In this document: one piece after another, positions 1 to 9,589 of the stretch
How the letters are laid out: each line of letters begins with the position of its first letter
How positions within the stretch are numbered: the first letter of the stretch is position 1
IMG/VR virus record: IMGVR_UViG_3300017913_001136
Coordinates: 20,908 to 84,907 of that record
Strand: one strand, 5' to 3'
Length of the DNA stretch: 64,000 nt
Source of the DNA: a virus
Taxonomy: Duplodnaviria; Caudoviricetes
The notes under the pieces: generated by a model
Seen by the model: the letters and a program-made list of their open reading frames with translations, nothing else
Database searches by the model: none
What the model was told of the DNA's origin: nothing
Program-made: the position numbers and the translations under genes

Positions 1-1936
1 GTGCCGCAATACCTTTCCAAACATCACCCGAATCATGACCGTTCTCTGCCTCAAACTGAATACTGATACCATAACGAAGCGCAACTGATGGGGTTGATGA
101 ATCTAATGTAAATTCTGTTGGACCGCCAGCGGATTCAAAACCCTGTAGTGTAGCAAAGTTAGAATCAAATGACCATTGAATTTTATCGTGGTTCGAATGA
201 TCATCTGAGATTCTTACATAGTATGCTACATTTGAATCGCCTTTATAATGCCCTTTGAAGGTTGCATCGTTTAGACCAGATCCTGTGTGTACAGCAGAAG
301 CGATAGTATCACCGCCACCAACATATACAAACTGATCAGCAACTTCCAAACTTGCGACAGATGTTTTTGTTTCTGTTCCAAGAATGTTCAGATTACCAGC
401 GATTGTTACATTACCGTCAAACCTTGATGTGCCAATAGTTCTTAGAGTCTCAAAGATTTCTGTTCTAGGATTAACCTGAATACAACCGCCAACGTTGCCG
501 CCACTAGCAGAATCAGATACAAGCACAACACCAATCTCAAACGCAAAGTTTGGATGCGTTGGGTTAAATGAAACCAATTCACCAGCAGAGTCAGGAGAAA
601 CGTGTACAACAGCACCTACTGAGAATGAGGCAGTATTCAATCCACCAAACAGACCACGCATGGTAACGAAACCATATTCTTCTGTTGGGATATTGTGTGC
701 TGTTAGACCAATTGTTTCATATACAGTTTCAAAGGTATCTGATTTCGCCAAAGCGATAGTTGGGAAATCGTTTGCTGCACCAGTAATATAAACTGCTTTA
801 CCCTTATCGATCTGAGAACCAGTGTTGTTGTAAACCCTAACAATCTCGTCTTGAGCAATCTTAACATTGATACGATCGTTGGAATATGTGAGTGCATCTG
901 GACCTTGGAAGTAGAACAGATTCCCTTCTTCAAAGGTCGGTAGATTATCAGGAACATTGATATCCGTAAATGTAGTTTCTCTGAAGTTTATTTTATCTAC
1001 TTCACCGATAGAATCTACTGTGATACTTCTATGTGTAACTTCTGTATTATCACCACCAACATATTGATTGATAAACGCAGAATCGATAGTTCCTCTAATA
1101 TAATCAGAGTCTGCTCTTGCTCTTACATAAGCAGAGTCAATGACTGGTGTATTAGTAAAATTGTTATAATTTAAATAATACGTTCCTTCAAAACCATCGA
1201 GCGTATCAGCATTAGTATTCAATGCGTCTACAAAAGTCTTATCAACATCAATCGCAATAATGCTACTTATTGCTGCTGAGTCAAACGAACCAGAAACCGT
1301 TAATTGTCTTGACTGAATATACGCAGAGTCAATGATATTCGTAACATCTGCTGACTCGGCGATGCTACCTGCTGTCGTTTGATTGATGATTGTAATGTAG
1401 GATGAATCTACGATACTTCTTACGAAGTCTGAGTCTCTGAACCGATCACGTGCTTGAATATAGGCAGAGTCTACAATATTCGTTACGAATGAAGAGTCTA
1501 TAGAATTAGAAAGATAAGTAGCATTGACGGTATTGTTAATGATGTTAACAACATCACCTGAGTCGATATCTGCTCTTGCGTTAATATACGCAGAGTCAAT
1601 AATGCTGATAATAAATGCGGAATCTAAGACATCGCCAAAGTTGATAAGGTTATTGACGATGGTCGTGTCTAAACGATTATTGATATAATCTGAGTCGATT
1701 AATACAGTGACTTCACTTGAATCAAGTTGTGATTGGGCAACGGTTTCAATCTGGTCAACAAGGTTCTGTACAAGTGCAGAATCAATAAATGCTCTGATAT
1801 TATTAGAGTCATCTTTATAGTAAAGTTTACCATCGGCAAAGTTAATAGCGAGTTCGCCATATTGCAGATCGCTACTGTCAGGAATCCTTCCTGCTACCGA
1901 AGATCGTTTGAGTAATACTTTTGGTGTCGTTGCCAT
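1..1936 (-). CDS. Tail-fibre-like virion protein with D-S repeats (partial, runs off left edge; absent from ORF track)
   Basis: Manual translation from ATG at 1936: MATTPKVLLKRSSVAGRIPDSSDLQYGELAINFADGKLYYK (Mtd-N/hyaluronidase-like fibre N-terminus). Followed by repeated DSx(F/Y)(V/I) units and LDGFEGTYYLNYNNFTNTP. No stop seen in the part translated (to about 780). Confidence 0.8.
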   Translation of the reverse strand, partial: MATTPKVLLKRSSVAGRIPDSSDLQYGELAINFADGKLYYKDDSNNIRAFIDSALVQNLVDQIETVAQSQLDSSEVTVLIDSDYINNRLDTTIVNNLINFGDVLDSAFIISIIDSAYINARADIDSGDVVNIINNTVNATYLSNSIDSSFVTNIVDSAYIQARDRFRDSDFVRSIVDSSYITIINQTTAGSIAESADVTNIIDSAYIQSRQLTVSGSFDSAAISSIIAIDVDKTFVDALNTNADTLDGFEGTYYLNYNNFTNTPVIDSAYVRARADSDYIRGTIDSAFINQYVGGDNTEVTHRSITVDSIGEVDKINFRETTFTDINVPDNLPTFEEGNLFYFQGPDALTYSNDRINVKIAQDEIVRVYNNTGSQIDKGKAVYITGAANDFPTIALAKSDTFETVYETIGLTAHNIPTEEYGFVTMRGLFGGLNTASFSVGAVVHVSPDSAGELVSFNPTHPNFAFEIGVVLVSDSASGGNVGGCIQVNPRTEIFETLRTIGTSRFDGNVTIAGNLNILGTETKTSVASLEVADQFVYVGGGDTIASAVHTGSGLNDATFKGHYKGDSNVAYYVRISDDHSNHDKIQWSFDSNFATLQGFESAGGPTEFTLDSSTPSVALRYGISIQFEAENGHDSGDVWKGIAA

Positions 1937-1938
1937 TT

Positions 1939-3600
1939 CTAGTAAGTCCCGCAATCAATAGTTGCTATTTCTACATTCCCTGCTGTGACTAAAAAGTCTA
2001 CAGAGTCGAACTTAGCACCACCAATATTAGTGTCTGATGCTAGTTCTAATGATATGCTATATTCGTTCAATCCGTCATTATACAACACATCTATACCTTG
2101 CCCATCATTTAACAATGATGCTACTCGATCGTCTACACGTTCGTTTGTAAAGTATAAATTCGTTGTTCCTTCGCTAAGACTGTCAGTTGTTTTCGTTAAG
2201 AAACGAACATCAAAGTCTGAGTCTGCACGATAGGTTCTATAATATAAGTTGCTATCACCTTCCGGAAGTTGGTCGGTGTTTGCTAATCCTAAGTCGCTAT
2301 CAAAATTTGCTTTTGTATAAATTTGTTCAACATCAACGCTGATATCACCAGTCGTTGAGTTATAGGTAATGTCGCCCGAACCACTGAACAACGCACGAAT
2401 ATCATTTTCAAACAATGCATAATTAAACTGACCTGTTGAGTTGACATAAGTAAATGTGCCGAGTTCACCACCGTTCGTAGCAGATAATGCTGATCTTGCC
2501 CTAAGATCTGTATAGTAAAGATTATTGCCTTCTGTGAGATCGTCAGTAGTTTTCTGACCAAAGTCTGAATCAAATCCTTCATATTCACCGCTGAACCCAC
2601 CTTCTACTGTAAGTCCACCCTGTACAGTCAGATCGCTCTCGACTATCAGGTTTGGAGCATAAACGTCAATGTCTAAGTTCCAAGAGTGAGTTGGCGCATC
2701 GTAGTAAATATTTGCGTTCGCACCAGTGACGTGAATACCTGCCGAGTCTGCTTCGGTTCTATTAGTCGCACCAGAAGCGAGTGTGATATTTTTATCTTCT
2801 ACTGTAAGTGTCTGCGAGTTTACTGTAGTTGTTGTACCATCAACCTGTAGATCACCAGCGATGATAACTTTACCAGAGTTTCCGACAGGATTCGGGTCAA
2901 GAGTAAGATCGCCAGAGGTTGTGCTAATAGTATTGCCATCGACCTTGACATTATCTACTGTAAGACTTGCCAGTCCAAGAACATCAGAGTCAAGTGCGAC
3001 TTCTACCTTTACTCCATCGCTGGGTTGGTCAATACGTTTAGTGTTAGTGTTCCATGTACCACGAACTTGAATAGTTCCACCAGTGGTAACATTACCTGCA
3101 CCATCTTGGTTGACGTCAGCACTCACAAAGGCGACATCATAGTTATCAAAATAATTAAGTGTCAGCGCATCTTGCGGATCAGTAGGATCAACAACATCTT
3201 TGATCTGCGAAGTGCTTGCTGAGATGACCCCAGTAGTTGGGTCGAGAATTAGATTACCTGTTTCTGTAGATATTGTGTTTCCATCGATATCAATGTTATC
3301 AACGTGGAACTCAGAAACTTTATTATTTTCATCAGTAATAACCGCATGCTGAGGAACTGTTTGCCCCTGCGGTTGATCCATCATGTCAGTGTAATATTTA
3401 CCGCCAACGATATGGACTTCGTTCGCTATGCCATTTGTATTCCCACCTGCACCAATAAATAATCTATCACCACCAGCAGAGTCGCCTGTGGTGTAGGAGT
3501 AACCCTGTTCACCAGTTGCAAGAATCTTTTTGCTAGTGTTTAACGAACTGCTAATCAGCGGAGTACGATTGGAGGTTTTAATGAGAATTCTTGATGGCAT
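1939..3600 (-). CDS. Tail-fibre-like virion structural protein
   Basis: Mtd-N-like start (GEQGYSYTTG..DRLFIG), twice-repeated IDGNTIST-x-TGxLxLDP, KDVVDPTDPQDA motif, GDLQVDGTTTTVNS beta-repeat, repeated TDxLxEGxxNLYY units typical of marine T4-like fibres. Confidence 0.7.
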   Translation of the reverse strand: MPSRILIKTSNRTPLISSSLNTSKKILATGEQGYSYTTGDSAGGDRLFIGAGGNTNGIANEVHIVGGKYYTDMMDQPQGQTVPQHAVITDENNKVSEFHVDNIDIDGNTISTETGNLILDPTTGVISASTSQIKDVVDPTDPQDALTLNYFDNYDVAFVSADVNQDGAGNVTTGGTIQVRGTWNTNTKRIDQPSDGVKVEVALDSDVLGLASLTVDNVKVDGNTISTTSGDLTLDPNPVGNSGKVIIAGDLQVDGTTTTVNSQTLTVEDKNITLASGATNRTEADSAGIHVTGANANIYYDAPTHSWNLDIDVYAPNLIVESDLTVQGGLTVEGGFSGEYEGFDSDFGQKTTDDLTEGNNLYYTDLRARSALSATNGGELGTFTYVNSTGQFNYALFENDIRALFSGSGDITYNSTTGDISVDVEQIYTKANFDSDLGLANTDQLPEGDSNLYYRTYRADSDFDVRFLTKTTDSLSEGTTNLYFTNERVDDRVASLLNDGQGIDVLYNDGLNEYSISLELASDTNIGGAKFDSVDFLVTAGNVEIATIDCGTY

Positions 3601-3881
3601 TAGAAGTCTCCTCCTGCTGAGTCACGCAAGAAATATGCTTTCGCATCTCCTCCAGATATGATTAATCCGTCTGGGACGTTTGTATAATCAAACTTCTGAG
3701 TTGCGAAATTGAACTGAATCAAGTCGTGAGGAGTTGGACCAATCTCACCACTATCATTCAGTCCACTAATGTTTATGAGATCGCCAAGACCTTGTGCCTG
3801 TGCGCCAGTAACCTTTCGGACTGGTGTACCAATTATTATCTTGCGTATATGGGTCTGTACTGGGGGTGTTTCTTCTGCCAT
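3600..3881 (-). CDS. Small hypothetical virion-associated protein
   Basis: 93-aa ORF abutting neighbours in the late operon; shares the DSAGGD motif with the downstream fibre. Confidence 0.5.
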   Translation of the reverse strand: MAEETPPVQTHIRKIIIGTPVRKVTGAQAQGLGDLINISGLNDSGEIGPTPHDLIQFNFATQKFDYTNVPDGLIISGGDAKAYFLRDSAGGDF

Positions 3882-4232
3882 TTATGTCACCGATGGACTC
3901 ACTCGTATCTTTCCTTCAAGGATTCTCTCAATGATAGTTCTATTGTTACTATCTTCATAAGAGATCTCAACATCATAAACATAGTTGCCAACACGAAGTG
4001 CGTCAGTTTGTTGATTTGTCAAGGAAAGAGTTATGATACCATCGGATGCAGGAGTATTGATAGCAACAGCGAAATCTGTTGTATCATCTGAATCGGAGTT
4101 GTAGTTCCGTTTCATTTTAGCAGCAGCGTCGTAATTTGTGAGGTCTTTTTTGTTGCCTGAAGGGTCAACAAGTTCTAGTTGTACTGCAATGTCCGACCCT
4201 TTGTCGAACGTGAACTTTTCGTATTCTGCCAT
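3882..4232 (-). CDS. Conserved T4-like virion protein, BppU N-terminal-like beta-sandwich
   Basis: ITLSLTNQQTDAL..GNYVYDVEI...RILEGKIRVSPSVT pattern; late promoter upstream. Confidence 0.55.
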   Translation of the reverse strand: MAEYEKFTFDKGSDIAVQLELVDPSGNKKDLTNYDAAAKMKRNYNSDSDDTTDFAVAINTPASDGIITLSLTNQQTDALRVGNYVYDVEISYEDSNNRTIIERILEGKIRVSPSVT

Positions 4233-4275
4233 TTTCCCAATCTCGATGCTAAGTAACTCGACATGATATTACACT

Positions 4276-4283
4276 TATTTATA
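4276..4283 (-). promoter_or_regulatory. T4-type late promoter TATAAATA
   Basis: Exact TATAAATA on the minus strand 44 nt upstream of the 3882-4232 start. Confidence 0.75.
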
Positions 4284-4848
4284 AAAAAACAATACTGAAT
4301 CTAGTATAATTGTCGAACTTATCTTCAAAGGTATTGATGATTTTATTCTTAGCAGTCGTAACGCTGGCGACGAACTGATTTATATTTTCTTTACAGTTTA
4401 TGTGATCTTCTATCCCAAAGTAATCATTTGATTGTAGGATTACTACAGTCCCTTCTTTTTTCTTTTTAATCCAATTTTTAATTTCATCATCGGTCATATG
4501 TTCACAAGAACAACATACCAACACATTGTGATGGCGAGGGTTGTGTTTGTTTAGATCTATCGTTTTATATTTCACATTTGAAAAAAGTCTTAGATCAGCG
4601 CATTTAGGGTCTATATCAAACGACTCAACATTTTTAAAATCGTCAAGCATGTGCGCAAGTAATCCATGCCAACCTGCAGCGATGGATATTTTAGGATTCT
4701 CGTACATTAATAAATAAGTTTGTAAACGATCATATAAGAGTTCTTTATTTCTTATCTGATTTTCGTTCACAGCATTCGTGATATCTTTCACGAGGGATAT
4801 ATCGTCAGTCTTATGAATCGTCTTTAGAATTTTATTATAATCTATCAT
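4279..4848 (-). CDS. Class I SAM-dependent methyltransferase-like protein
   Basis: IAAGWHGLL (motif I-like), FDIDP (motif II), CSCEHM and LQSNDYF motifs. Confidence 0.6.
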   Translation of the reverse strand: MIDYNKILKTIHKTDDISLVKDITNAVNENQIRNKELLYDRLQTYLLMYENPKISIAAGWHGLLAHMLDDFKNVESFDIDPKCADLRLFSNVKYKTIDLNKHNPRHHNVLVCCSCEHMTDDEIKNWIKKKKEGTVVILQSNDYFGIEDHINCKENINQFVASVTTAKNKIINTFEDKFDNYTRFSIVFL

Positions 4849-5758
4849 GAAAAGAATAATTTACAGTTTGTATATTGATATCCCACTTGAGGAACTTGAT
4901 GAGCAACCTCCTCATTTCAATTCTACGATATCCAAAACACTTCACACCAAAGAAGAGTTTCAAAAATATTATGACTGGTTGGTTCAATCCCAAACAGCAT
5001 ACGCAAAAAAGAATCACACTGATTATATATTGTTCAAAGATGATGATCAATTCAAAGAATATAAGTCATGGTTTCTAAAAGAGTATCCTGAGATAACTTC
5101 ATACAACATAGTCAATTTCTACAAACTTCATTTGATGTATAAGTTGTTAGAAGAATATGACGAAGTTCTTTATATAGACTTTGATGTAATTCCCGTCAAA
5201 GAACTTAATTTCTTCGAACACTGGAATTTGAATAATGGTATATGTGTCTTATCTGGGATACAACCTTCACAAAGAGGGATATCGTTTAGTATGCCAGACA
5301 TATTAAAAGAAAAAGATAAGACCCACAGTAACAGATCACCGATAGCAAAATACTGGAACGCACATGCTATGTTAACAGAAAGCGATAACTCTGTAGAAGG
5401 ATGTGATGTCTTTAATACAGGAATCGTTGGTATCAACAGGAAGTTCGCAGACAAGTTGAGTTATTTTGAAAACTTTAACGAGACGATATCTTTCATGACC
5501 GAATTGAAAAAAAGAAACGATCTGATGTATCCTCCATATATTCAAAAACTATTTGGATACGATAATGAAACCATATGGGCATGGAAGGTATTATCTCAGA
5601 ATATATCGCATCAGAGTTTAGGTGAGGACTGGCACTATTTTATGGACAAGTGGGCATTTATTCCACAAAGTGCTATATTCGTTCATTGTATTAATAAAAA
5701 TTTTGAGTTTGTAAAGGGTTGGTATGAAGAGAATGATATTCTCGATCTTTTCAGATAA
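4847..5758 (+). CDS. GT-A fold glycosyltransferase-like protein (DxD)
   Basis: YDEVLYIDFDVI DxD motif, FNTGIV, DNETIW, C-terminal W...FVHCINK; paralogue of next gene. Confidence 0.65.
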   Translation: MKRIIYSLYIDIPLEELDEQPPHFNSTISKTLHTKEEFQKYYDWLVQSQTAYAKKNHTDYILFKDDDQFKEYKSWFLKEYPEITSYNIVNFYKLHLMYKLLEEYDEVLYIDFDVIPVKELNFFEHWNLNNGICVLSGIQPSQRGISFSMPDILKEKDKTHSNRSPIAKYWNAHAMLTESDNSVEGCDVFNTGIVGINRKFADKLSYFENFNETISFMTELKKRNDLMYPPYIQKLFGYDNETIWAWKVLSQNISHQSLGEDWHYFMDKWAFIPQSAIFVHCINKNFEFVKGWYEENDILDLFR

Positions 5759-6500
5759 TATCGAAAAAGATCATCAGTCAAGTAACGATTATAAGAAACA
5801 ACAGTTCACGAAGTATGCTCACCTCTTAGAAGAGAAACAAAAAGAGTATGCAAGAATATGTGGTGCTGAATATAATCTATTCAAAGTTGATACGGAAAGA
5901 TATGATCAAATACAATTTGATAAGATTCATATGTTTGACGAACTGGTATACAATTATGACGAAGTTCTATATCTTGACTTCGATGTAGTTCCGCAGAAAG
6001 AGGATAATTTTTTTGAACATCACGACTTAGATGCTGTTTGTGCATATTCCTTTGAAAGAAAACCAAGCAGTAGAGTTATAGAAAGAAAGATCCGAGAGGA
6101 TGATTTTGATGGGATGAATGTTTTCTCAAAAGGTTGTTGTAAACAATCTATGCTTTTGCTTCATGATATATCGAGTGACTACTCTATAATCAATACAGGA
6201 GTTCTCGGTATGAATAGAAGGTCGGTTGCAAACTTAAACTTCACTGATGATATTGTAGAGGCATGGACAACTTATTTTGAGTGTAGAAATGATAATATAT
6301 ATCCAGAAGAAATAAATAAATATTGGCGTGGCAATAACGAAGTATTCATCACATATATGATAGAGAAGAATAAGGTTAAATTCAACAATATCGGTATGCC
6401 ATGGAACTTTATGCTGGATGAATATGAACCAAATCCATCAGATGCTGCATATCTTTTACATTATGTCCATAAGGATTTTAAATTTGTGGAATCAAAATAA
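5724..6500 (+). CDS. GT-A fold glycosyltransferase-like protein (tandem paralogue)
   Basis: YDEVLYLDFDVV, INTGVL, NNEVF, WNF...LLHYVHK. Confidence 0.65.
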   Translation: MKRMIFSIFSDNIEKDHQSSNDYKKQQFTKYAHLLEEKQKEYARICGAEYNLFKVDTERYDQIQFDKIHMFDELVYNYDEVLYLDFDVVPQKEDNFFEHHDLDAVCAYSFERKPSSRVIERKIREDDFDGMNVFSKGCCKQSMLLLHDISSDYSIINTGVLGMNRRSVANLNFTDDIVEAWTTYFECRNDNIYPEEINKYWRGNNEVFITYMIEKNKVKFNNIGMPWNFMLDEYEPNPSDAAYLLHYVHKDFKFVESK

Positions 6501-7131
6501 AATAGTAATTGATGCATCTAACACTTGTACATTAGAATGTCCTAGATGTGCGAGACAGTTGTATCCAGAGTATGGATTACCCAAAGCAGGGTTTGAACAA
6601 TCTGGCAATCTTTCGGTTGAAAATTTTAAAAAACTTCTTAACAAATTTAACAACTTCACTTTTTGTGGGCAAGTAAGTGACCCAATTATGAATCCAAATT
6701 TAATTGAGATGCTTCAATTAATATACTCGGAAGGAAAAGATGTATCAGTAATGACTGCTGCTACAGTGAAGAATAGAAAAGAAGATTGGTATCGTAAAGC
6801 ATTTGAAGCACACCCAAAGGCAAGATGGGTGTTTGGAATTGATGGTCTACCAGAAGAAAGTAATTTGTACAGGATAAATCAAGACGGAGAGTTCTTGTAC
6901 GAGATGATGAAACTCTGTGCGAAGATTTGTAAGGTTAGTGAATGGCAATATATTGTTTTTTCATATAACGAGGATAATATAGAAACAGCAATGGCCATGG
7001 CGAAAGAAAATAAAATCCGTTTCTCCTTAAACTTTAGTTCAAGATGGAGTGGAGAAAAAGATCCATACAAACCAACGATTGATAAGTATCAATTTAAACG
7101 ACCAGATGAATGGAAAACACTTTGGAAGTAG
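6484..7131 (+). CDS. Radical SAM protein (core domain only)
   Basis: CTLECPRC CxxxCxxC motif, FCGQVSDP (GGEP-like), FGIDG, WQYIVFSYNE. Probable TTG start at 6484 (ORF track opens at 6418). Confidence 0.85.
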   Translation: MWNQNKIVIDASNTCTLECPRCARQLYPEYGLPKAGFEQSGNLSVENFKKLLNKFNNFTFCGQVSDPIMNPNLIEMLQLIYSEGKDVSVMTAATVKNRKEDWYRKAFEAHPKARWVFGIDGLPEESNLYRINQDGEFLYEMMKLCAKICKVSEWQYIVFSYNEDNIETAMAMAKENKIRFSLNFSSRWSGEKDPYKPTIDKYQFKRPDEWKTLWK

Positions 7132-7529
7132 ATGATATCAAAAAGAATAAAGTTCTAAGTCCAAAGTGCATCAACGATGGAGAAAGGTTTCCATCATATA
7201 GTTGCTCTGGATGGTTAACTCCCTGTTGTTGGGTTGATGGGTATTGGGCAGAAAAAGAGTTTCCTCAGTTTTTCGATGAAGAATTAAAACTTGATAATGT
7301 GGATGACGTTGATGAAATATTATTAAGTGAGGTGTGGATAGATTTCTTCAAGACATTAACTGAAACTCCAGAAAAAGCACCAAATACATGTTGGCGATAT
7401 TGTGGAGTATTTAACTCAACAGTAGAAAAGGCAGAAGAGATAAAGAAAGATTTAAATATAGCACCGTCAAGCGTGTGGGATCAAAAATGTGCACACGGTG
7501 TAAGAATAAAAGTTCTGAGTGATAAATGA
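7110..7529 (+). CDS. Stand-alone SPASM/Twitch-like Fe-S cluster protein
   Basis: PKC...SGWLTPCCW and CWRYCG cysteine pattern, directly after the radical SAM gene. Confidence 0.6.
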   Translation: MENTLEVDDIKKNKVLSPKCINDGERFPSYSCSGWLTPCCWVDGYWAEKEFPQFFDEELKLDNVDDVDEILLSEVWIDFFKTLTETPEKAPNTCWRYCGVFNSTVEKAEEIKKDLNIAPSSVWDQKCAHGVRIKVLSDK

Positions 7530-8083
7530 GAATAATATGTGTTCGCACTGGTGATAAGTATGACCAGTGGTATGAAGATAATCTAAAATATATGATTGAC
7601 AAGTATTCTGGTCTTGAATATGATTCGTATGAAGTGATTCGTGATGATGTATACGAACTATCTGTAGCAAATAAATTGTTAATGTTTGATCGTTACAGAG
7701 AAGGGCAAAACCTCTTCTTTGATCTCGACGTTTGCATTAAAGGCGATTGTAATAGATTTTTGTACGAAAGTCTGCACGTCTTACGAGCATGGTGGAGACC
7801 AGATTACCATACCCCATTGAACTCTTCGATTATATCTTGGCAAGGTGATTATTCTCACATATACAAAGAGTGGGAAAGTGATCCCGAATATTATATGTTC
7901 AAATATTACAAAGGAATTGATCAGTTCTTATATGAACAGTTCAATCCTACTGCGATATATTGGGGGTTCAATTCTTTACAGACTATAGAAGAAGAGGATC
8001 CCAGATATGCTGTGACCCTCTTTAATCAAAGATATGAATACATGAAGCGAAACGGATGGTGGAGTAAATACTTTATTTCTTAA
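7526..8083 (+). CDS. Glycosyltransferase-like protein (DxD)
   Basis: CVRTGDKY N-terminus, LFFDLDV DxD, NSSIISW, GIDQFL. Confidence 0.6.
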   Translation: MRIICVRTGDKYDQWYEDNLKYMIDKYSGLEYDSYEVIRDDVYELSVANKLLMFDRYREGQNLFFDLDVCIKGDCNRFLYESLHVLRAWWRPDYHTPLNSSIISWQGDYSHIYKEWESDPEYYMFKYYKGIDQFLYEQFNPTAIYWGFNSLQTIEEEDPRYAVTLFNQRYEYMKRNGWWSKYFIS

Positions 8084-8570
8084 GTTTCATTTCACAAGCA
8101 ACTTTTACTGCTTCTGCCAATGTTTTCGCTTTCCGTAATTCTGCTTTCATTTCTTTGTTGCTATGATTTTTAATAAAAGTCAGTTCGAACAATTTTAATT
8201 TAAAAGCAAAAAGTCTTTCTTGTTCTTCTTTTCCTTTTTTGTTTTTACCGAAAAGAAGTTCTAACAATGCATCATAGTGGAGTGAACTGTTAGCGATATC
8301 ATCAGCATCGTATATCAACCCATCTTCACGAGCGATAGTTGCTACTGCTTCGCGATAGATAGCATCTTGTTCTCTGATGTGTATTGCAGTTTTCTCATGC
8401 AACTCATCTAGAGTTGTATGTTTTAAGATTTCCTGCCAAACCTCATCGTCATCTTCTGCTAGGCAATGTTCTACCCTTGTTGTCCCATCCGGAGAAATCC
8501 AAGTAGAAACAACAGAAGTTCTTTCGTTATTATCGAAATATGCCCATTTAAATCTGTGACCATCCATCAC
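8073..8570 (-). CDS. Hypothetical protein
   Basis: 165-aa ORF overlapping its upstream neighbour in the minus-strand late operon. Confidence 0.6.
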   Translation of the reverse strand: MMDGHRFKWAYFDNNERTSVVSTWISPDGTTRVEHCLAEDDDEVWQEILKHTTLDELHEKTAIHIREQDAIYREAVATIAREDGLIYDADDIANSSLHYDALLELLFGKNKKGKEEQERLFAFKLKLFELTFIKNHSNKEMKAELRKAKTLAEAVKVACEMKLKK

Positions 8571-9589
8571 GTTATCTCCAAGTTAAGTGCCCAAGTTGAT
8601 TCATTAACAATCGAACCATTGGGAAATTCTTGCGCACGATAATCATCGCCTGTTGCTTTGTATTTAGTGTATTCCCCAGTAACACCAGTCATCTGTTGGT
8701 TCTTTATCAAAGTTCCTTGCCGTCTACCGCTTCCATTTATATTATATCTGATTGTATAACCTTGTATGCCATATATTGCTGCTTTTACCATTGGTCCGAA
8801 TAAAGCATCAAACTCCGCATATGTCATATGCCTTAATCCTGTTGGTGTGTTTTTACGGTTTGAAGCAGTATCAATCATTAATGGAGTTCTGTATCCAAAC
8901 CCCTGATTGATGATTTGCGAATTTACTCTATGCAATCGATATGTAGTTGTATCGTGGTAATCTTGTGTTGTACCAGCACCACCTATATTCGTTGATCCTG
9001 TTGATCTATATGTAGCAAGATTTGCTACAGTATCTGCAAAAACAACACCAAGATTTGCGCAGTTTGCCACATTTACAGATGTGGATATAAAATAAGAACC
9101 TCCTGCGCTTGATACAGTACTGCTTGTCGCCTGCATACTTCGTACAACAGGAAATATAAAAGTATCTAAACATTCAGCGAAAGACATTTCACGAATAGTC
9201 TGATCATCTTCCATATAAATTGGTTTCGTATTTAATGCCTGATAATCACTATTATCAAAAGATCCTGGATTCGTAATCGTCTGAGATATCTTATCATATG
9301 TAGTGCCTGTGATTAGTTGTGGTTCACCAGTAGCACCCTCTCCAGGCATACTTGTCACGTCTGTCCAAGGACCTGAAGTATCTCTTGCCGCAGTTCCTGA
9401 ACGATACCTTGTATCGGTCATCTGTGGAGTAATGTTACCAAGATTGGGTACGACGCTCAATGTTACAGGAACAGTTCCTTGTCCATATAGATACGTGATA
9501 CGACCCAACATTGCTTCATGCTGAGCAGCAGTCGTATGCCTTATCCTAGTGGATCCATCTTCTATAAACGCTCTTCTTGGTAACGGCAT
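8567..9589 (-). CDS. Probable virion structural protein
   Basis: 340 aa, G/T/S-rich, inside the structural operon. Confidence 0.55.
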   Translation of the reverse strand: MPLPRRAFIEDGSTRIRHTTAAQHEAMLGRITYLYGQGTVPVTLSVVPNLGNITPQMTDTRYRSGTAARDTSGPWTDVTSMPGEGATGEPQLITGTTYDKISQTITNPGSFDNSDYQALNTKPIYMEDDQTIREMSFAECLDTFIFPVVRSMQATSSTVSSAGGSYFISTSVNVANCANLGVVFADTVANLATYRSTGSTNIGGAGTTQDYHDTTTYRLHRVNSQIINQGFGYRTPLMIDTASNRKNTPTGLRHMTYAEFDALFGPMVKAAIYGIQGYTIRYNINGSGRRQGTLIKNQQMTGVTGEYTKYKATGDDYRAQEFPNGSIVNESTWALNLEIT

